64,000 bases of DNA from Octopus sinensis (lineage: Eukaryota): the NCBI RefSeq assembly GCF_006345805.1, contig NC_043010.1, forward strand, positions 51,088,001-51,152,000, read 5' to 3'. The translations under genes and the position numbers were made by a program. Each line of letters opens with the position of its first letter. Within the stretch, counting starts at the first letter, position 1. The notes under the pieces were generated by a model. It saw nothing but the letters and a program-made list of their open reading frames with translations, was not told where the DNA came from and ran no database searches. Below are positions 48,518 through 61,025 of this stretch, piece by piece.

Positions 48518-49945
48518 CGATGGGCTTCTTTCAGTTTCCATCTATCAAATCCACTCACAAGGCTTTGGTCAGCCCGAGGCTATAGTAGAAGACACTTGCC
48601 CAAGGTGCCACCTGGAACCATGTGGTTGGTAAGCAAGCTACTTACCACACAGCCACTCCTGCACCTATGCTACTGAAACACGAAATTAATGAATGTAGAA
48701 TACAATTATGATTATCATAACTACCATATACACTCGTGGATAGGTCACACTTCATTTACCAGAAATTTCAATAAAAATCAGTGGTGCAATCTATCCACTC
48801 AACATCACAAAGATCTGAAGTAGATGGCAGTATATCAATAGTCAAGTTGATTTATCAATTAAACTAGTTTCAAGTCACTTCTGCAAAAATGCTTTAATAT
48901 TTGTAAGCAAAGTTTTGAAATAAAGGTGAGGAGTGGCTGTGTGGTAAATAGCTTGCTTACCATCCACATGGCTCTGGGTTCAGTTCTACTGTGTGGCACC
49001 TTGGGCAAGTGTCTTCTATTATAGCCTCGGGCCAACCAAAGCCTTGTGAGTGGATTTGGTAGACGGAAACTGAAAGAAGCCCGTCGTATATATGTATATA
49101 TATGTATGTGTGTGAATATGTTTGTGTGTCTGTGTTTGTCCCCCCCAACATTGCTTGACAACCAAGGCTGGTGTGTTTACATTCCCGTGACTTAGCAGTT
49201 CGGCAAAAGAGACTGATAGAATAAGTACTAGGCTTACAAACAATAAGTTCTGGTGTTGATTTGCTCGACTAAAGGTGGTGCTCCAGCATAGCCACAGTCA
49301 AATGACTGAAACAAGTAAAATAGTAATTTGATAATATTTAACAAATATTAGTTATATTTATGTTATAAAGGAGCCGTTGTAACTCACCAGCTTATTGTGT
49401 GACCTATCTGCAAGTCAACTGCAGATACCTACTTTGACAACCCCAAACCAAGGGTGTGACCTATCCACTGGCACGACCTATCCTTGAATATATATGGCAA
49501 TGAAATATTTTGTGTAATATAAGAGAAACGAGTTAAAAATTGTTTGGTATACTTATTTTATTCTTTTACTTGTTTCAATCTCTTCACTTCGGTCATGCTG
49601 GAGCACCACCTTTTGTTGAATAAAATCAACCCCAGGACTTATTCTTTGTAAACCTAGTACTTATTCTATTGGTCTCTTTTTGCCGAACCACTAAGTGACG
49701 GGGACGTAGACACACCAGCATTGGTTGTCAAGCGATGGTGGAGGGACAAACACACACACATATATATACATATAGATATATATGCGACGGGCTTCTTTCA
49801 GTTTCCGCCAACCAAATCCACTCACAAGGCTTTGGTCGATCTGGGGCTATAACAGAAGACTCTTGCCCAAGGTACCACACAGTAGAATTGAACCCGGAAC
49901 TATGTTGTTGAGAAGTAAGCTTCTTACCACACAGCCACTCCTGCA
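48240..49945. mobile_element. Three alternating family A SINEs (-,+,-)
   Basis: 48240-48660 minus, 48930-49322 plus, 49560-49945 minus. Confidence 0.85.
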
Positions 49946-50189
49946 CCTGTGTCATAGTGCCTATTTTTATTTTATGTGCTTGCTCTCCTTAATTTTAAAA
50001 CTTAGCTATGCTTCTGACTGTTAAAGATGTATACCAACCACTTTGCAGAGTGTATTGGGTGCTTTTTTTTTTGTGGCATCAGCACTAGTGAATCACCAAG
50101 TCCTCCAAAGACAAGACCAACCCCTCAATAGATGTCCACTGAAAAACATTTTGTTAAATTTTTCTAGATTTGTAAATTGTCCAACTTAC

Positions 50190-50307
50190 CTTTACAAGTT
50201 TGTAGTTATTCTTAGTATAACTTTTGGCTGAAGTCAGTACTGTTGTCACTTTTGAAATGTCTCCTTTCTTTAGTATTATATCTAATACATTGAGTAAAGG
50301 CTTCCAT
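50190..50307 (-). CDS. EF-hand-like (C1orf87-like) protein, exon E
   Basis: CAG/GTAAGT, 118 nt, phase 2-0; WKPLLNVLDIILKKG... Confidence 0.78.
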
Positions 50308-51631
50308 CTGGATTTTATACAAATTGAAATTCATTACAAGAAAGTAGTGCAAATTACTTAACTCTTTTGGAATCAACCCACCTGACACCATCCCTGGTTC
50401 TTTGTATGTAAGCAACAAATTGAAGATCCTTCTCATAGAAATGTTCTATGTAGTGATCATCTAAACATTTGTGCAGATGGAAAATTCAAAAGATTCCCTT
50501 TATTTAAAATACAGGAAGAAAATGATCAACTATGAAAGGCAAAAGAAGAATACTTTATAAGAATTCTAAATATGAAACTAAACAGGAAATAGTCAATGCT
50601 GCTTCTAAAAACTTCTCCTGTGCTGATTACATCATAACAAGTGTGTTTGAAAAGCTGTAAACAGCAAAAGCATTTACACATTTCAAACATTTCTTTTTGA
50701 AATATTTGTGTCTTTCTGGGGTTTTTTAAAGTTTATTTTTATAGAATTAATAAATTTTAATTTAACAAAAACTTCTTTCAAATATCATTTGCTGCACCCT
50801 GTGTAAGCTGAATTTCAGTGTGTACAAGCTGACAGTCATGGAAATTTCCTTGACTTTGTCACGACTTCCTTGGCACCCCCTAGCATATGGTGCCCCAAAC
50901 GACTACCCAAGTTGCCAGTACTTTGAGCCGGCCCTGATTGCTTCCAATCCCTCTAGCCATATTTGATTCTTCTTCTTAATTTCAAATTTTAATGTATGAA
51001 TATTTGGAAATGGCAATCATTAGTATGCTGGGCAAAATGCTTAGCAGCATTTCTGCCATCTATGTTTTGAGTTTGAATGCCACCAAGGTTGACTTTACCT
51101 TTCATCCTTTCACGGTCAATTAAAATAAGTACCAGTTGAACACTAGGATCAATCATCATCATCGTTTAATGTCTGTTTTCCATGCTAGCATGGGTTGGAC
51201 GGTTTGACCGGGGTCTGGGAAGCCAGGAGGCTGCATCGGCTCCAGTCTGAGCTGGCAGTGTTTCTATAGCTGGATGCCCTCCCTAACGCCAACTACTCCG
51301 TGAGTGTAGTGGGTGCTTTTTACGTGCCACTGGCATAGGGGCCAGAGGAGGCTGGCATCGGCCACGATCAGTTGGTCCTTTTTACATGCCACCGGCATGG
51401 ACACCAGTCAAGGTGGTGCTGGCATTGGCCACATTCGGATGGTGCTTTTTAAGTGCCACCAGCATGGGTATCAGAACTACAATTTCCATTTGATTTTTAT
51501 ATTGATGTTGATGTAAATTGATTTATCCCTTCCCCTGAAATTTCAGACTTTGTGCCAAAATTTTAAACCAATGAATGAATATTTATGGAATTTTACAAAT
51601 GTCTGTGAGATTAAATGAAAAATATACATAC

Positions 51632-51732
51632 CTCACAAATGTAATGTCTTTTTCTTCACGGAAATATGAAGCAAGATTCTTTAAAAGTGCTCCATATATT
51701 GGTAGATCAAGTTTGTTGATATAAGATAAAAC
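51632..51732 (-). CDS. EF-hand-like (C1orf87-like) protein, exon D
   Basis: CAG/GTATGT, 101 nt, phase 0-2; VLSYINKLDLPIYGALLKNLASYFREEKDITFV-R. Confidence 0.78.
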
Positions 51733-52712
51733 CTGTAATAAAGTTATTTAGATTCATTACTTAAAGCAGGGGTTCTCAACCATTTTTTTTTTTGCCCATA
51801 GCCCACTTTGATACCCATTTTACTTGGATGGACCTTCATAGCCATTCTTTGTCTAAAAAATGTTGTCCTCTTGATGCTCATCTGCTTATATATCATCTGC
51901 TATATATATATATATATGTAGTACGAGCAAAATGCCCCTTCTCCCCGTCCAATGGACGGTGCTGAGTTGTCAAACATTTGAACCAAATTTTCTCAAAACA
52001 ACTTGTCTGACCGTCCCATTTTGTGGCATTATTTCAAGCCAGCCAGCTTCTTTTGCACAAACTGCACATGCATTTTTCTCACATACACATATTATTGATC
52101 ACAACAGCTGATGTACTTGTGCGTACAAATGCACGTTCCCATGGCTTTATCGATCTCATTCTCACCTGGAATTGATTTTTGTAATTTTTTCAAGACTTAT
52201 ACACGTCCTGATACCATCGGTATCTACGTATCAAATTTGAGCGCAATCGGATGGAGGACACCTGAGATCCTAGAAGACACACACACAGTCAGACAGAACG
52301 GATTTTATATAATAGATAGGTAGGGTAAAATTCAAGCTGTGTCCTCTTGATGCCCATCTGCTTATTCTCCCATCACAATCAGTATGTAGTTGTTGTATTT
52401 ATGTGACTAACATACTAGTGTTAAAAATTCATGAAATATTGTTTGCAGAGTTATTATGTATATATTATGTTATTGTGTATCAAAACAGGAAGCTGGAGAA
52501 AAATTGTTGGTATTATTTATTCACCATTACACATGTTTCATGTACTAAGATGAATTACAAAGTTGTACATTTGTACATGTTGGTTGAGTGTGTAAGAAAT
52601 TTCAGCACTACATCAGAAACGCACCTCTCCAATTAAATCAAAGGCAATGAAGAAAAAAAGTTATGATAATGGAAAATATATACAAATTAAATGATGCATG
52701 CAAAAACTGAGA

Positions 52713-53443
52713 AAGATTCATTCGTTTTTAAATATTTTATACTAAAAAAAAAACAGAAACGAGAAATGAGCACTCGTGGAATATAAACAAACATGTTGGA
52801 CAATACAAGGGGCAGTAATCTACTTTTACCAATCAGATATTATTAATGATACACTAACCCTAATCCTAACTAACCTTAACACTAACCCTAACCTTAACAC
52901 TAACCCTAACCCTAACCTTAACACTAACCCTAACACTAACCCTAAACCTAACCCTAACCCTAAGCCTAAGCCTAACACTAACCCTAACCTTAACCCTAAC
53001 CCTAACACTAACCCTAAACCTAACCTTAACCTTAACCCTAACACTAACCCTAACCCTAACTCTAACCCTAACCATTACCCTAACCCTAACACTAACCCTA
53101 ACCTTAACCCTAACCCTAACACTAACTCTAAACCTAACCTTAACCCTAACCCTAACACTAACCCTAACCCTAACTCTAACCCTAACCCTAACACTAACCC
53201 TAACCCTAACCCTAACACTAACCCTAACCCTAACTCTAACCCTAACCCTAACACTAACCCTAACCCTAACCCTAACCCTAACACTAACCCTTACACTAAC
53301 TCCAATCCTAAAACTGACCCTAACCCTAAAAAGTAGATTACTACCCCTTGTATCGTCTAATATGTTTGTTTATATTCCACGAGTGCCTGTTTCCTGTTTC
53401 TGTTTTATTTTTTAGTATAAATATTTAAAAATGGATGAATCTT
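52713..53443. mobile_element. TIR element (115-bp imperfect arms) enclosing a telomere-like array
   Basis: Arms 52713-52827 and 53329-53443; interior 52851-53328 is CCCTAA with CACTAA, CCTTAA and CTCTAA variants. Confidence 0.75.
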
Positions 53444-53469
53444 ACTAATTTTTTTGCCTACATACTCAC

Positions 53470-53660
53470 CAAGGTTTCAGGTAAAATTTGACTGTTATAT
53501 TGATCGTTTTCTGTGAAATGCTTTTCAATATTCGACACGTCTGATGTTTCAACATTCATTACAGATTTCTGGAGTCTTTCAGTGATGTCAGCTACCTTTT
53601 TTTCCAGTGGTATTGTTGGACCTTTCTTCTTGTGTGCCATTGCAAGAACACTGTCACGTC
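53470..53660 (-). CDS. EF-hand-like (C1orf87-like) protein, exon C
   Basis: CAG/GTGAGT, 191 nt, phase 1-0; ...SNIEKHFTENDQYNSQILPETL. Confidence 0.78.
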
Positions 53661-54050
53661 CTGAAATTGAAATTAAATTATCAATTAACTCACTACTTTC
53701 TAAAGTAAATGATACCTTATCTCAAGGGATGCTGGAAATGCTTATATGAGTAGTAGGGACAAAAGGGTCATTAGAGGGGATGGTAACAGCTGCACCTGTA
53801 AAGCTATTTTGTCTTTGTTTCCTATTTAAATATCAACTTTAAAATATTTAATGTAATTGTATTTAATTATATTTAATGTAATTATAGGCGTAGGAGTGGC
53901 TGTGTGGTAAGCAGCTTGCTTACCAGCCACAAGATTCCAGGTTCAGTCCCACTGTGTGGCACCTTGGGCAAGTGTCTTCTACTATAGCCTTGGGCCGACC
54001 AAAGCCTCGTGAGTGGATTTGGTAGATGGAAACTGAAAGAAGCCTGTCGT

Positions 54051-54096
<46 letters not shown>

Positions 54097-55735
54097 GTAT
54101 GTGTGTGTATATGTTTGTGTCTCTGTTTGTCCCCCTAACATCGCTTGACAACCGATGCTGGTGTGTTTACATCTCCGTAGCTTAGCGATTTGGCAAAAAG
54201 AGACCGATAGAATAAGTACTAGACTTCCAAAGAATAAGTCCTAAGATCAATTTGCTTGACTAAAGGCAGTGCTCCATCATGGCCACAGTCAAATGACTGA
54301 AACAAGTGAAAGAGTAATTTTGTGAAAAGAATTTAGAAGCTTCAAGAGACATGGAATAAATTGTTTTTAACCATGTAACTTGAAATAGCTAAAGTTATAA
54401 ATAATCCTTTCTTGTTTTGGCATAAGGCTAACTATTTTTAGGGTTGGGGCAATCAATTATATCAATTCCAGTGTTCAACTGGTATTTATTTTATCAATTC
54501 TGAAAGGATGAAAGGCAAAAATCAACCTCAGTGGAACTTGAACTCAGAACATAACAGCGCTCAGCATTTTGTCGAGTGTGCTAACAACTCTGCCAGCTCG
54601 CAACCTTGATAAAGCTGTAAATAACAGCATGTAAATATTGGGTAAAAACTTTTTGTATGGAAAAAAGTCTACTTGTTGATTTGCTCGACTAAAATCGGTG
54701 CTCCAGCATGGCCGCAGTCAAATGACTGAAACGAGTAAAGAGTAAATAATTAACCCAATATTTACATGATATTTATTGCTTTATCTACATTGAGTTCCAT
54801 CATTAAAATAATTTATTGAAGGTAATGTTATGATAAACTGCCTCATAACCACAATCACAACATCAACAATAATAGACATCAAAATATGAATAAGTAAATA
54901 AACAAAACTGAATATGTATAGGTGCAGGCGTGGCTGTGTAGTAAGAAGCCTGCTTCCCAACTACACAGTTCCAGGTTCAGTCCCACTGTGTGGCACTTTG
55001 GGCAAGTGTCTTCTACTATTGCCTCAGGTCGACCAAAGACTTGTGAGTGGATTTGGCAGACAGAAACTGAAAGAAGCCTGTCATATATACATGTATTTAT
55101 GTGAGTGGGTCTTTGTCACCCCCGCCATTGCTTGACAACCACTGTTTATGTGTTTGTATAAGTACTAAGCTTACAAAGAATAAGTCCTGGGGTTGATTGC
55201 TTCATCTAAAGGAGGTGCTCCAGTATGGCTGCAACAAGTAAAAGAAAAAGAATATATAGGTGCAGATGTAGCTATGTAGTAAGAAGTTTGCTTCTTAACT
55301 GCATGGTTCTGGGTTCAGTCCCACTGTGTGGCATATTGGGCAAGTGTCTTCTATTATAGCTTCAGGTCAACCAAACCCTTGATGGAAACTGAAAGAAGCC
55401 CATCATATATATGTGTGTGTGTGTTTGACAACCAATGCTGGTGTGTTTATGTCCCTGTAACTTAGCGCTTCAGCAAAAGAGACCAGTAGAATAAATAGCA
55501 GGCTTTAAGATAAAAAAGAATCCTGAGATCAATATATTCGACAAAAAATCCTTCAAGATGATGCCCCAGTATGGCCACAGTCCACTGACTGAAACAACCA
55601 AAAGGTAAATGATAAAAGATAAACCAAGAAATTCTGCAGAAAATAAAGTAAAGATCAAGGAAGGAAAAAATAAAATTATTCCAAAATAATATAAATTCAA
55701 ATTTATCAGATTGCACAAATGTTGTATTCACCAAC

Positions 55736-55856
55736 CAGAGGTAGCGTGTGTCTCCATCAAACAGTCATAAACACCTTGGTAATTTATTCCCAAAGAATCC
55801 TGGTAAAACATGCATATTTCGGTCATGGCTCTGTCTGTTAGGTATATATCATTTTC
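55736..55856 (-). CDS. EF-hand-like (C1orf87-like) protein, exon B
   Basis: CAG/GTTGGT, 121 nt, phase 0-1; ENDIYLTDRAMTEICMFYQDSLGINYQGVYDCL looks like a degenerate EF-hand second helix pair (INY..). Confidence 0.72.
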
Positions 55857-56931
55857 CTGTGAAAATAGATGGAAATAAAATACACTTTTTATGGACTTCA
55901 TAAATATTTCTATAAATTATATATATATATATATGTGTGTGTGTATATAAAAGGCAAGATGTGTGTGTGTACGTGAATGTAATTTATGCACATCCACAAA
56001 TTAGCACACGTCACTCCAATTTTAGGAGGACATTTGTCACGACCCTAGCTGTATTTTCATCAAATTATTTTCTCCCGAGGCACCAGCCTCAAATTCTGCT
56101 GAGGTCCACTCTGCCTTTCATCCTTTCAGGATTGATAAATTAAGTACCAGTTACACACTAGGGTCGATGTAACTGACTTGTCACCTTCCCACAAATTTCA
56201 GGACTTGTGCCTATAGTAGAAAGGATTATAATTATTATTATTCCGGTGTTTGAGCTGGCAGAATTGTTAGCACACCAGGCAAAATGCTTAGCAGTATTTC
56301 ACTCATCACTATGTTCTGAGTTCAAATTTCACTGAGTTCAACTTTGCCTTTAATACTTTTGGGGTTGATAAATTTAGTACCAGTTGAGTACTGGGGTCAA
56401 TAAGATTAACTGATCCCCTCCCTACAAAACCAAGGCCTTGTGCCTATAGTAGAAAGGATTACTCTCTTTTACTTGTTTCAGTCATGTGACTGTGGCCATG
56501 CTGGAGCACTGCCTTTAGTCGAGCAAATCGACTCCAGGACATATTCTTTGTAAGCCTAGTACTTATTCTATCGTTTTCTTTTGCCGAACCGCTAAGTTAC
56601 GGGGACATAAACACACCAGCATCAGTTGTCAAGCGATGTTGGTGGGGACAAACAGAGACACACAAACATATACACACACATACATATATATGATAGGCTT
56701 CTTTCAGTTTCCGTCTATCAAATCCACTCACAAGGCTTTGGTCAACCTGAGGCTATAGTAGAAGACACTTGCCCAAGGTGCCATGCAGTGGGACTGAACC
56801 TGGAACCATGTGGTTGGTAAGCAAGCTACTTACCACACAGCCACACCTACGCCTATATATATTATTATTTTAAGCAGTCAAAACATGCAATTAATTTTAA
56901 CTCAACAGAAACATATCCATAGTTAACGTAC

Positions 56932-57114
56932 CTGCATTGCCAAATGTAAGTCTTTTGCTGATATTCGCAATTCATCGTTTCCATAGCGACGTAAGCTAAC
57001 TTGCAATGCCCGTAGCCTCTGTTGGCTGCAACCACTTAGTTGTTCTCTCAGTAACAACTGAATGTTGCTTCCAGGTTTCTCATTCATGTTGTTGTAAAGT
57101 TGGAGTAAAACAAC
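56932..57114 (-). CDS. EF-hand-like (C1orf87-like) protein, exon A
   Basis: CAG/GTACGT, 183 nt, phase 0-0; VVLLQLYNNMNEKPGSNIQLLLREQLSG...KDLHLAMQ. Confidence 0.75.
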
Positions 57115-57239
57115 CTGAAACAAGTTTTATAAGTTTAAGGATAACCAGGAGAAAGGACATTACAGTTGGCAATATGTAGATAGATAGATAGATAGATACA
57201 TACATACATACATACATAAATACATACGTATTATATATT

Positions 57240-57275
<36 letters not shown>

Positions 57276-57304
57276 CGAGAAAGAAGCAACAAGAATGGAT
57301 AGGT

Positions 57305-57395
57305 TTTTAGTACGATCGTTTCATACAAGGACAGGTTTTATTAAAAGTTGCAAAGATTACAGCATATAAACGAGTCCCGTACTCATCAGCTAAAA
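57305..57395 (-). ncRNA. Type I hammerhead ribozyme (mirror copy)
   Basis: Reverse complement of 57603-57693. Confidence 0.85.
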
Positions 57396-57602
57396 TACAT
57401 GTGAGTTCTCTAGACATCCTAGTGTTTGAGGCTATACTCATGAAGTAATGTAGATAAATAAGTAACATAAACAGATTTCTAAAGTTCATTTCTGTACATC
57501 ATCTTTAAAGAACTTTAATGAACTTTAGAAATCTGTTTAATTATCTACATTACTTCATGAGTATAGCCTCAAACACTAGGATGTCTAGAGAACTCACATG
57601 TA

Positions 57603-57693
57603 TTTTAGCTGATGAGTACGGGACTCGTTTATATGCTGTAATCTTTGCAACTTTTAATAAAACCTGTCCTTGTATGAAACGATCGTACTAAAA
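57603..57693 (+). ncRNA. Type I hammerhead ribozyme
   Basis: Reads identical to 25723-25813. Confidence 0.85.
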
Positions 57694-57839
57694 ACCTATC
57701 CATTCTTGTTGCTTCTTTCTCGCTTATAATCACCCCACATTACTGTATTGTTAAATCAGTATAGTTTTTTTTGGTGCATCTAAGTTAGGTACCATATTCA
57801 AGTAAATTCATTTAAATTAACTTGAATCTTTATTGCTCT

Positions 57840-57876
<37 letters not shown>

Positions 57877-59399
57877 CATATGTGTGTGTGTGTGTGTATG
57901 TATGTATATGCTTATATATATGTATATTATATATCATAACTATATATATGTATGTGTATATATATACATATACATATATAAATGTATGTGTGTGTGTGTA
58001 TTACATGCTCAAGCTGGTGGTAACTTAAAAAGTACCTTTTAAGCATGGTCGATACCAGTACCACTTGACTGGCCCTCATGCCAGTGGCATGTAAAAAGCA
58101 CCCATTACACTCTTGGAGCGGTTGATGTTAGGAAGAGCATCCAGCTGTCGAAACCTTGCCAGAGCAGATTGGAGGCTGGTGCAGCCCTCTGGCTTGCCAG
58201 TCCTCAGTCAAACCGTCCAACCCATGCCAGCATGGAAAGCAGATGTAAAATGATGATGATGATGATGATGAGGAGGAGGAGGAGGAGGAGGATGTATATA
58301 AATGTAAGATCTAAAGATCAAGGTGTAAGCAGAGAGTGAGCGCCAAGCAATCTGTAGAGAATATAAAAAGACACCTCTCAGGAACAATAGTCATTTATTG
58401 GGGTGAGAGGTTGTGGAGTTTTTCCATATCGAAGTAAGATAAGCTGGAAAAAAATTATTTTATATTTCACCGTAGACAGCTAGGCTTGCCAGATATACAA
58501 ATAAAAATCCAAGAGTTAACATGGGCCTCATAATAACAATGTAAACTTCATTTGATCAAGATACCCTTGGCCTGAAGAGAAGCCTGCAGTATACACCTTC
58601 CTGGGATATTAACCATTTCTGAGGTTCTGCTCACTATGAAACATATGTAACCTGGATTTTATCTGCTCCATTCCTTAACTCTTACATTACATATCACTGG
58701 CCCATGGGGCTAGTTGATTACATCGACTCCAGTGCCTAACTGGTACTTAATTTATTAACGCCGCAAAAGGATGGAGGCATAATTGACTTCAGTGGAATAT
58801 GAACTCAGAATATGTTGCTTGTTGGTTTCACTAATTGTCTTTGGTGTCTGTGTCATCGCTAGTGACATATCTAGGATGAGACCGCTGAAGGGAGGAGGGA
58901 GAGAGAAAGAGAGTGAGAGGGGGGAAAAGAAGAAAGAGAGAGAGGGAGAAAGAAAGAGAGAGAGAGAGAGAAACAGACAGAGCTGCATCTGCATTTTATT
59001 GGTACTAATCTTTAACTGGAGCAATGTGAAATGAAGTGTCCTTTCTCGAGGACACAACATGCCACCCAGTCTGGGAGTTGAAACAACGTCATTATACTTA
59101 TGAGCCAAACACCCTAACCAGTAGGCCATGTGTCTTCACCAGCTAATTAAGTAATACTTTCTACTACATGCATAAAACTTAAAATTTTGGGGGTAGCATG
59201 CTAGTCGGTTACATCGACCCCAGTGCAAAATCGGTGCTTATTTTCTCGAATCTGAAAGGAATTTGAACTCAGAACCTCAAAGCAGATGAAATGCTGCTAA
59301 GCATTTTGCCTGGCACATTAATGATTCTGCCAGATTGCCACCTTTCAGCCAATTAAGTAATGCATTGATATAAAGATATAATCAATCATTCGATCTATA

Positions 59400-61025
59400 C
59401 CACTGCCACCGCCACCATTAGCATCACCACTACCACTACCACCATCACTACTACTATCACCACCTTGCCATCACCACCATACCCCAACCACTACCACCAC
59501 TACTACTACCACCACCACCACCACTACTACTACTACCACCACCACCACACAATCATCACCACTACTACCACCACCACTACTATCACCACACAGCCATAAC
59601 CACCATACCCCAACCACTACCACCACACCACCACCACCCCCATACCCCAACCACTACCACCACCATCACCACTACTACCACCACCACCACCACCACCACA
59701 ACCGTGTGACCTTGGACTTACTTTCTGAATCAATATCTGCACTTAAGGTCAGTTCATTAGTATTGAGGACTTGTGGTTGGGCTTTAATAGAAGAAACAAT
59801 GACAAAGAGGGAATTCATTACTCAGTGGTTTTATTGTGTGTGGCAACACAGTGATGCATAATTAATGGAGATGGTTGTGGTAATGGTGGTGGTGGGGGTG
59901 ATGGTGGTGGTGGTGGTGGTGGTGGTGGTGGTGGTTGTGGTGGTTATTGTGGTGGTGGTGGTGGTGTTGGTGGTGGTCGTCGTCGTTGTTGTCGTGATGG
60001 TGGTTGTGGTTGCTGGTGTTGTTATGGTGGTGGTGTTGATGGTGGTGATTGTGATGGTAGTGGCGGTTGTGGGGGTGGTGGTAATGGGGGTGATGGTGGT
60101 GGTGGTGGTGGTGGTGATGCTGGTGCTGGTGCTGGTGCTGGTGCTGGTGCTGCTAGTGCTGGTGATGGTAGTTCTGGTGGTGGTGGTGGTGGTGGTGTTG
60201 ATGGTGGTGATTGTGATGGTAGTGGTGGTGGTGGTGGTGGTGGTGGTGATGATGGTGGTAATGATGATAATGGTGGTTGCGGTAGCGATGGCAGTGATGG
60301 TGGTGATTGTGATGGTGATAGTGATGATGATGTTGATGATGGTGGTGTTGGTGGTGGTGGTGGTGGTGGTGGCTGTTGCAGTTGTGGTGGTAGTGGTAGT
60401 AGTAATGGTAGTGGTGGCATGGTGGGATGGTGCTGTGGGTAGGTGGGGTGCCAGCTGCCACTACTACAGTTTTTACTTTTACTGTTTAGCTCAAAACCAG
60501 CTCTGATCCAACTGACCTAGGATGAAATGCGTCCCAGTCATGACCATCCTGTACTTTTCCTGTATCTAAAACTACAATGTCCAATGAGAGTGAACTGTAT
60601 GGAAATTTGGCTGCTATTTCTAGCAGGGTGGGTGAGCAACCTCCCAGACACTTGTTGCCTTCTGCTGTTGTTATGTCTTGTTGTCATGGCTAGACCTGAA
60701 TGAAGACAGTGGTGGTGGATGAGGGGGTATTGATGGTGCTGACGGAGGAGGTGATGGTGATGGTGGTGGTATTGTTGTTGTTGCTGCTGCTGCTGTTGTT
60801 GGGAATGCTACTGATGTTGATGTTGGTGTTGTCGTTGTTGATGGTGGTGGTGGTGGTGGTTGATAGTGTTGCTGGTGGGGTGGAGTGAGGTTGTTGTTGT
60901 TGTTGGTGGTGGTGGTGGTGGCGATGGTGACAGTGGTGTTGTTATTGTTGGTAGTGGTGCTGATATTATTGCTGCTGCTGTTGTTGTCGTTGTTGTTGTT
61001 GATGATGATGATGATGATGATGATC
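59400..61025. repeat. Degenerate (CAC)n, then (GGT)n/(GAT)n/(GTT)n trinucleotide arrays
   Basis: C-rich 59400-59705; G-rich 59870-60420 and 60700-61025. Confidence 0.9.

Larger units (their letters stand above)
57276..57842. mobile_element. Penelope-like terminus with inverted partial copy
   Basis: (TA)n-flanked; near-identical to the 25-kb copy, with a different inversion breakpoint. Confidence 0.7.

Noticed and set aside
52776-53336. 186-aa (NP)n ORF; also a chromosome-fusion telomere relic
   Set aside because: The ORF is an artefact of CCCTAA repeats. The array has a single orientation and is enclosed by TIRs, not head-to-head as in an end fusion.
58566-58634. Additional upstream exon of the EF-hand gene
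   Set aside because: The AG/GT pair gives the wrong phase or an immediate stop relative to exon A.
59865-60506. 213-aa poly-Val ORF and its poly-Pro/His antisense ORFs
   Set aside because: These are translations of trinucleotide microsatellite with no splice or domain support.
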